A stretch of DNA of 52,263 bases from Pseudomonadota bacterium (lineage in GTDB: Bacteria; Desulfobacterota; Desulfobacteria; Desulfobacterales; RPRI01), in contig JBDRRF010000097.1 of the NCBI GenBank assembly GCA_043825875.1, positions 1-52,263 of the forward strand, written 5' to 3'. Of this stretch, positions 48,022-52,263 are shown piece by piece (the stretch's first letter is position 1; each line of letters opens with the position of its first letter). Position numbers and translations under genes: made by a program. The notes under the pieces were generated by a model, which had not been told where the DNA came from, searched no databases, and saw nothing but the letters and a program-made list of their open reading frames with translations.

Positions 48022-48684
48022 TCAGCAATTAGTTTTCATAGTTCTGAGTTTTGCTAATTCCCATATATAATCATAAATGTGCAGGCCCTTGCTTGCAGCA
48101 ATTATTTCACCGTCATGTACACCTATTTCTAAAGACATGTATTCTTTTAAAAGCTGAATAGCTCCAAGATTGGCAGGAAACCCGTTCCATAAATCCCAGG
48201 ATCTGAAATATACCATAAAATGCAGCTTTCCATATCTTATTCTTGTATCGATTCCCCTCAAACATGGCGGATCTCCAAGATATATGCTTTCAGGATCACC
48301 AACTGCCATATAAGCCTGGTTTGTTCCATGGCCGTCTTTTTTATACATTTTTATAACTTCTTTTATCTGACTTTCAAGGTATTGCCCATATGTATAATCT
48401 TCATTTTCACATTTTGCAGATGTCATGAGATATGGGAGGTATTCTTCAAGATACCCTTCGGCTACCGGGTTTGGTATGTTTAAGGCGTGTGGAATATCAG
48501 GCAATAGCGGGCGCATTCCGGGGTGTTTAATATGAACCGTAATATAATCAAATTCCAGCCTCTCCTGCCCCTGAAAACTTCCTCTTTCAATCACGTATTT
48601 ATGACCAGTATCTATAATATTATAAACACATTGAAACCAGGCATCAGGGATATCCCTTGCTGTAATTGAAACTACATTTAACAT
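48022..48684 (-). CDS. thyA: Short (archaeal-type) thymidylate synthase family protein
   Basis: YTYG, DPPCL, FRSWDL..GFPAN, LHIY; ~220 aa; start 48684 with GAGG RBS. Confidence 0.8.
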   Translation of the reverse strand: MLNVVSITARDIPDAWFQCVYNIIDTGHKYVIERGSFQGQERLEFDYITVHIKHPGMRPLLPDIPHALNIPNPVAEGYLEEYLPYLMTSAKCENEDYTYGQYLESQIKEVIKMYKKDGHGTNQAYMAVGDPESIYLGDPPCLRGIDTRIRYGKLHFMVYFRSWDLWNGFPANLGAIQLLKEYMSLEIGVHDGEIIAASKGLHIYDYIWELAKLRTMKTNC

Positions 48685-48694
48685 TTTATCCTCA

Positions 48695-52260
<3,566 letters not shown>

Positions 52261-52263
52261 AAA

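Overview
Low-GC bacterial chromosomal segment whose gene content points to a sulfate-reducing Desulfobacterota/Desulfobacterales-like organism (inference). It appears to be origin-proximal: dnaN-gyrB, the rpmH-rnpA-yidD-yidC-jag-mnmE cluster and a parS site are present. (1) 1-5.9 kb is a mobile-DNA graveyard. It holds the 5' end of a RAYT-like HUH (Y1) transposase and an internally deleted copy with 23-bp inverted repeats. An IS66 transposase, an IS200 tnpA and an integron cassette array each break off at or next to its TCAAGGTTTGACC(C)-type end motif. The region also has one complete orphan integron cassette (attI-like site, ORF, attC; no intI in the window), a decayed hicBA pair and two copies of a ~143-bp structured MITE-like repeat (4 copies in the window). 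(2) pepA, a LuxR-type regulator, hisD and two tRNA-Ser genes. (3) An ~11-kb ArsR-led redox/metalloid/sulfur-transfer cluster (ArsP-like permease, several thioredoxin-fold proteins, CcdA, CMD, Fe-S protein, CDF, YeeE, FmdE, TauE, rhodanese, DoxX) with relics of acr3, a cNMP domain and repeated thioredoxin 3' ends. (4) Deaminase/HsdR_N/dGTPase genes and a sigma54-type SBP-CHASE kinase-diguanylate cyclase operon with frameshift and relic domains. (5) Housekeeping genes: the rpmH cluster, pstSCAB-like, rpe, fabH, nifUS, an FMN-binding glutamate synthase family gene with an ANTAR-type leader, a KaiC-like/XRE/cupin regulator, a short archaeal-type thyA, gyrB and dnaN. All calls come from motif recognition by eye; no database searches were run.
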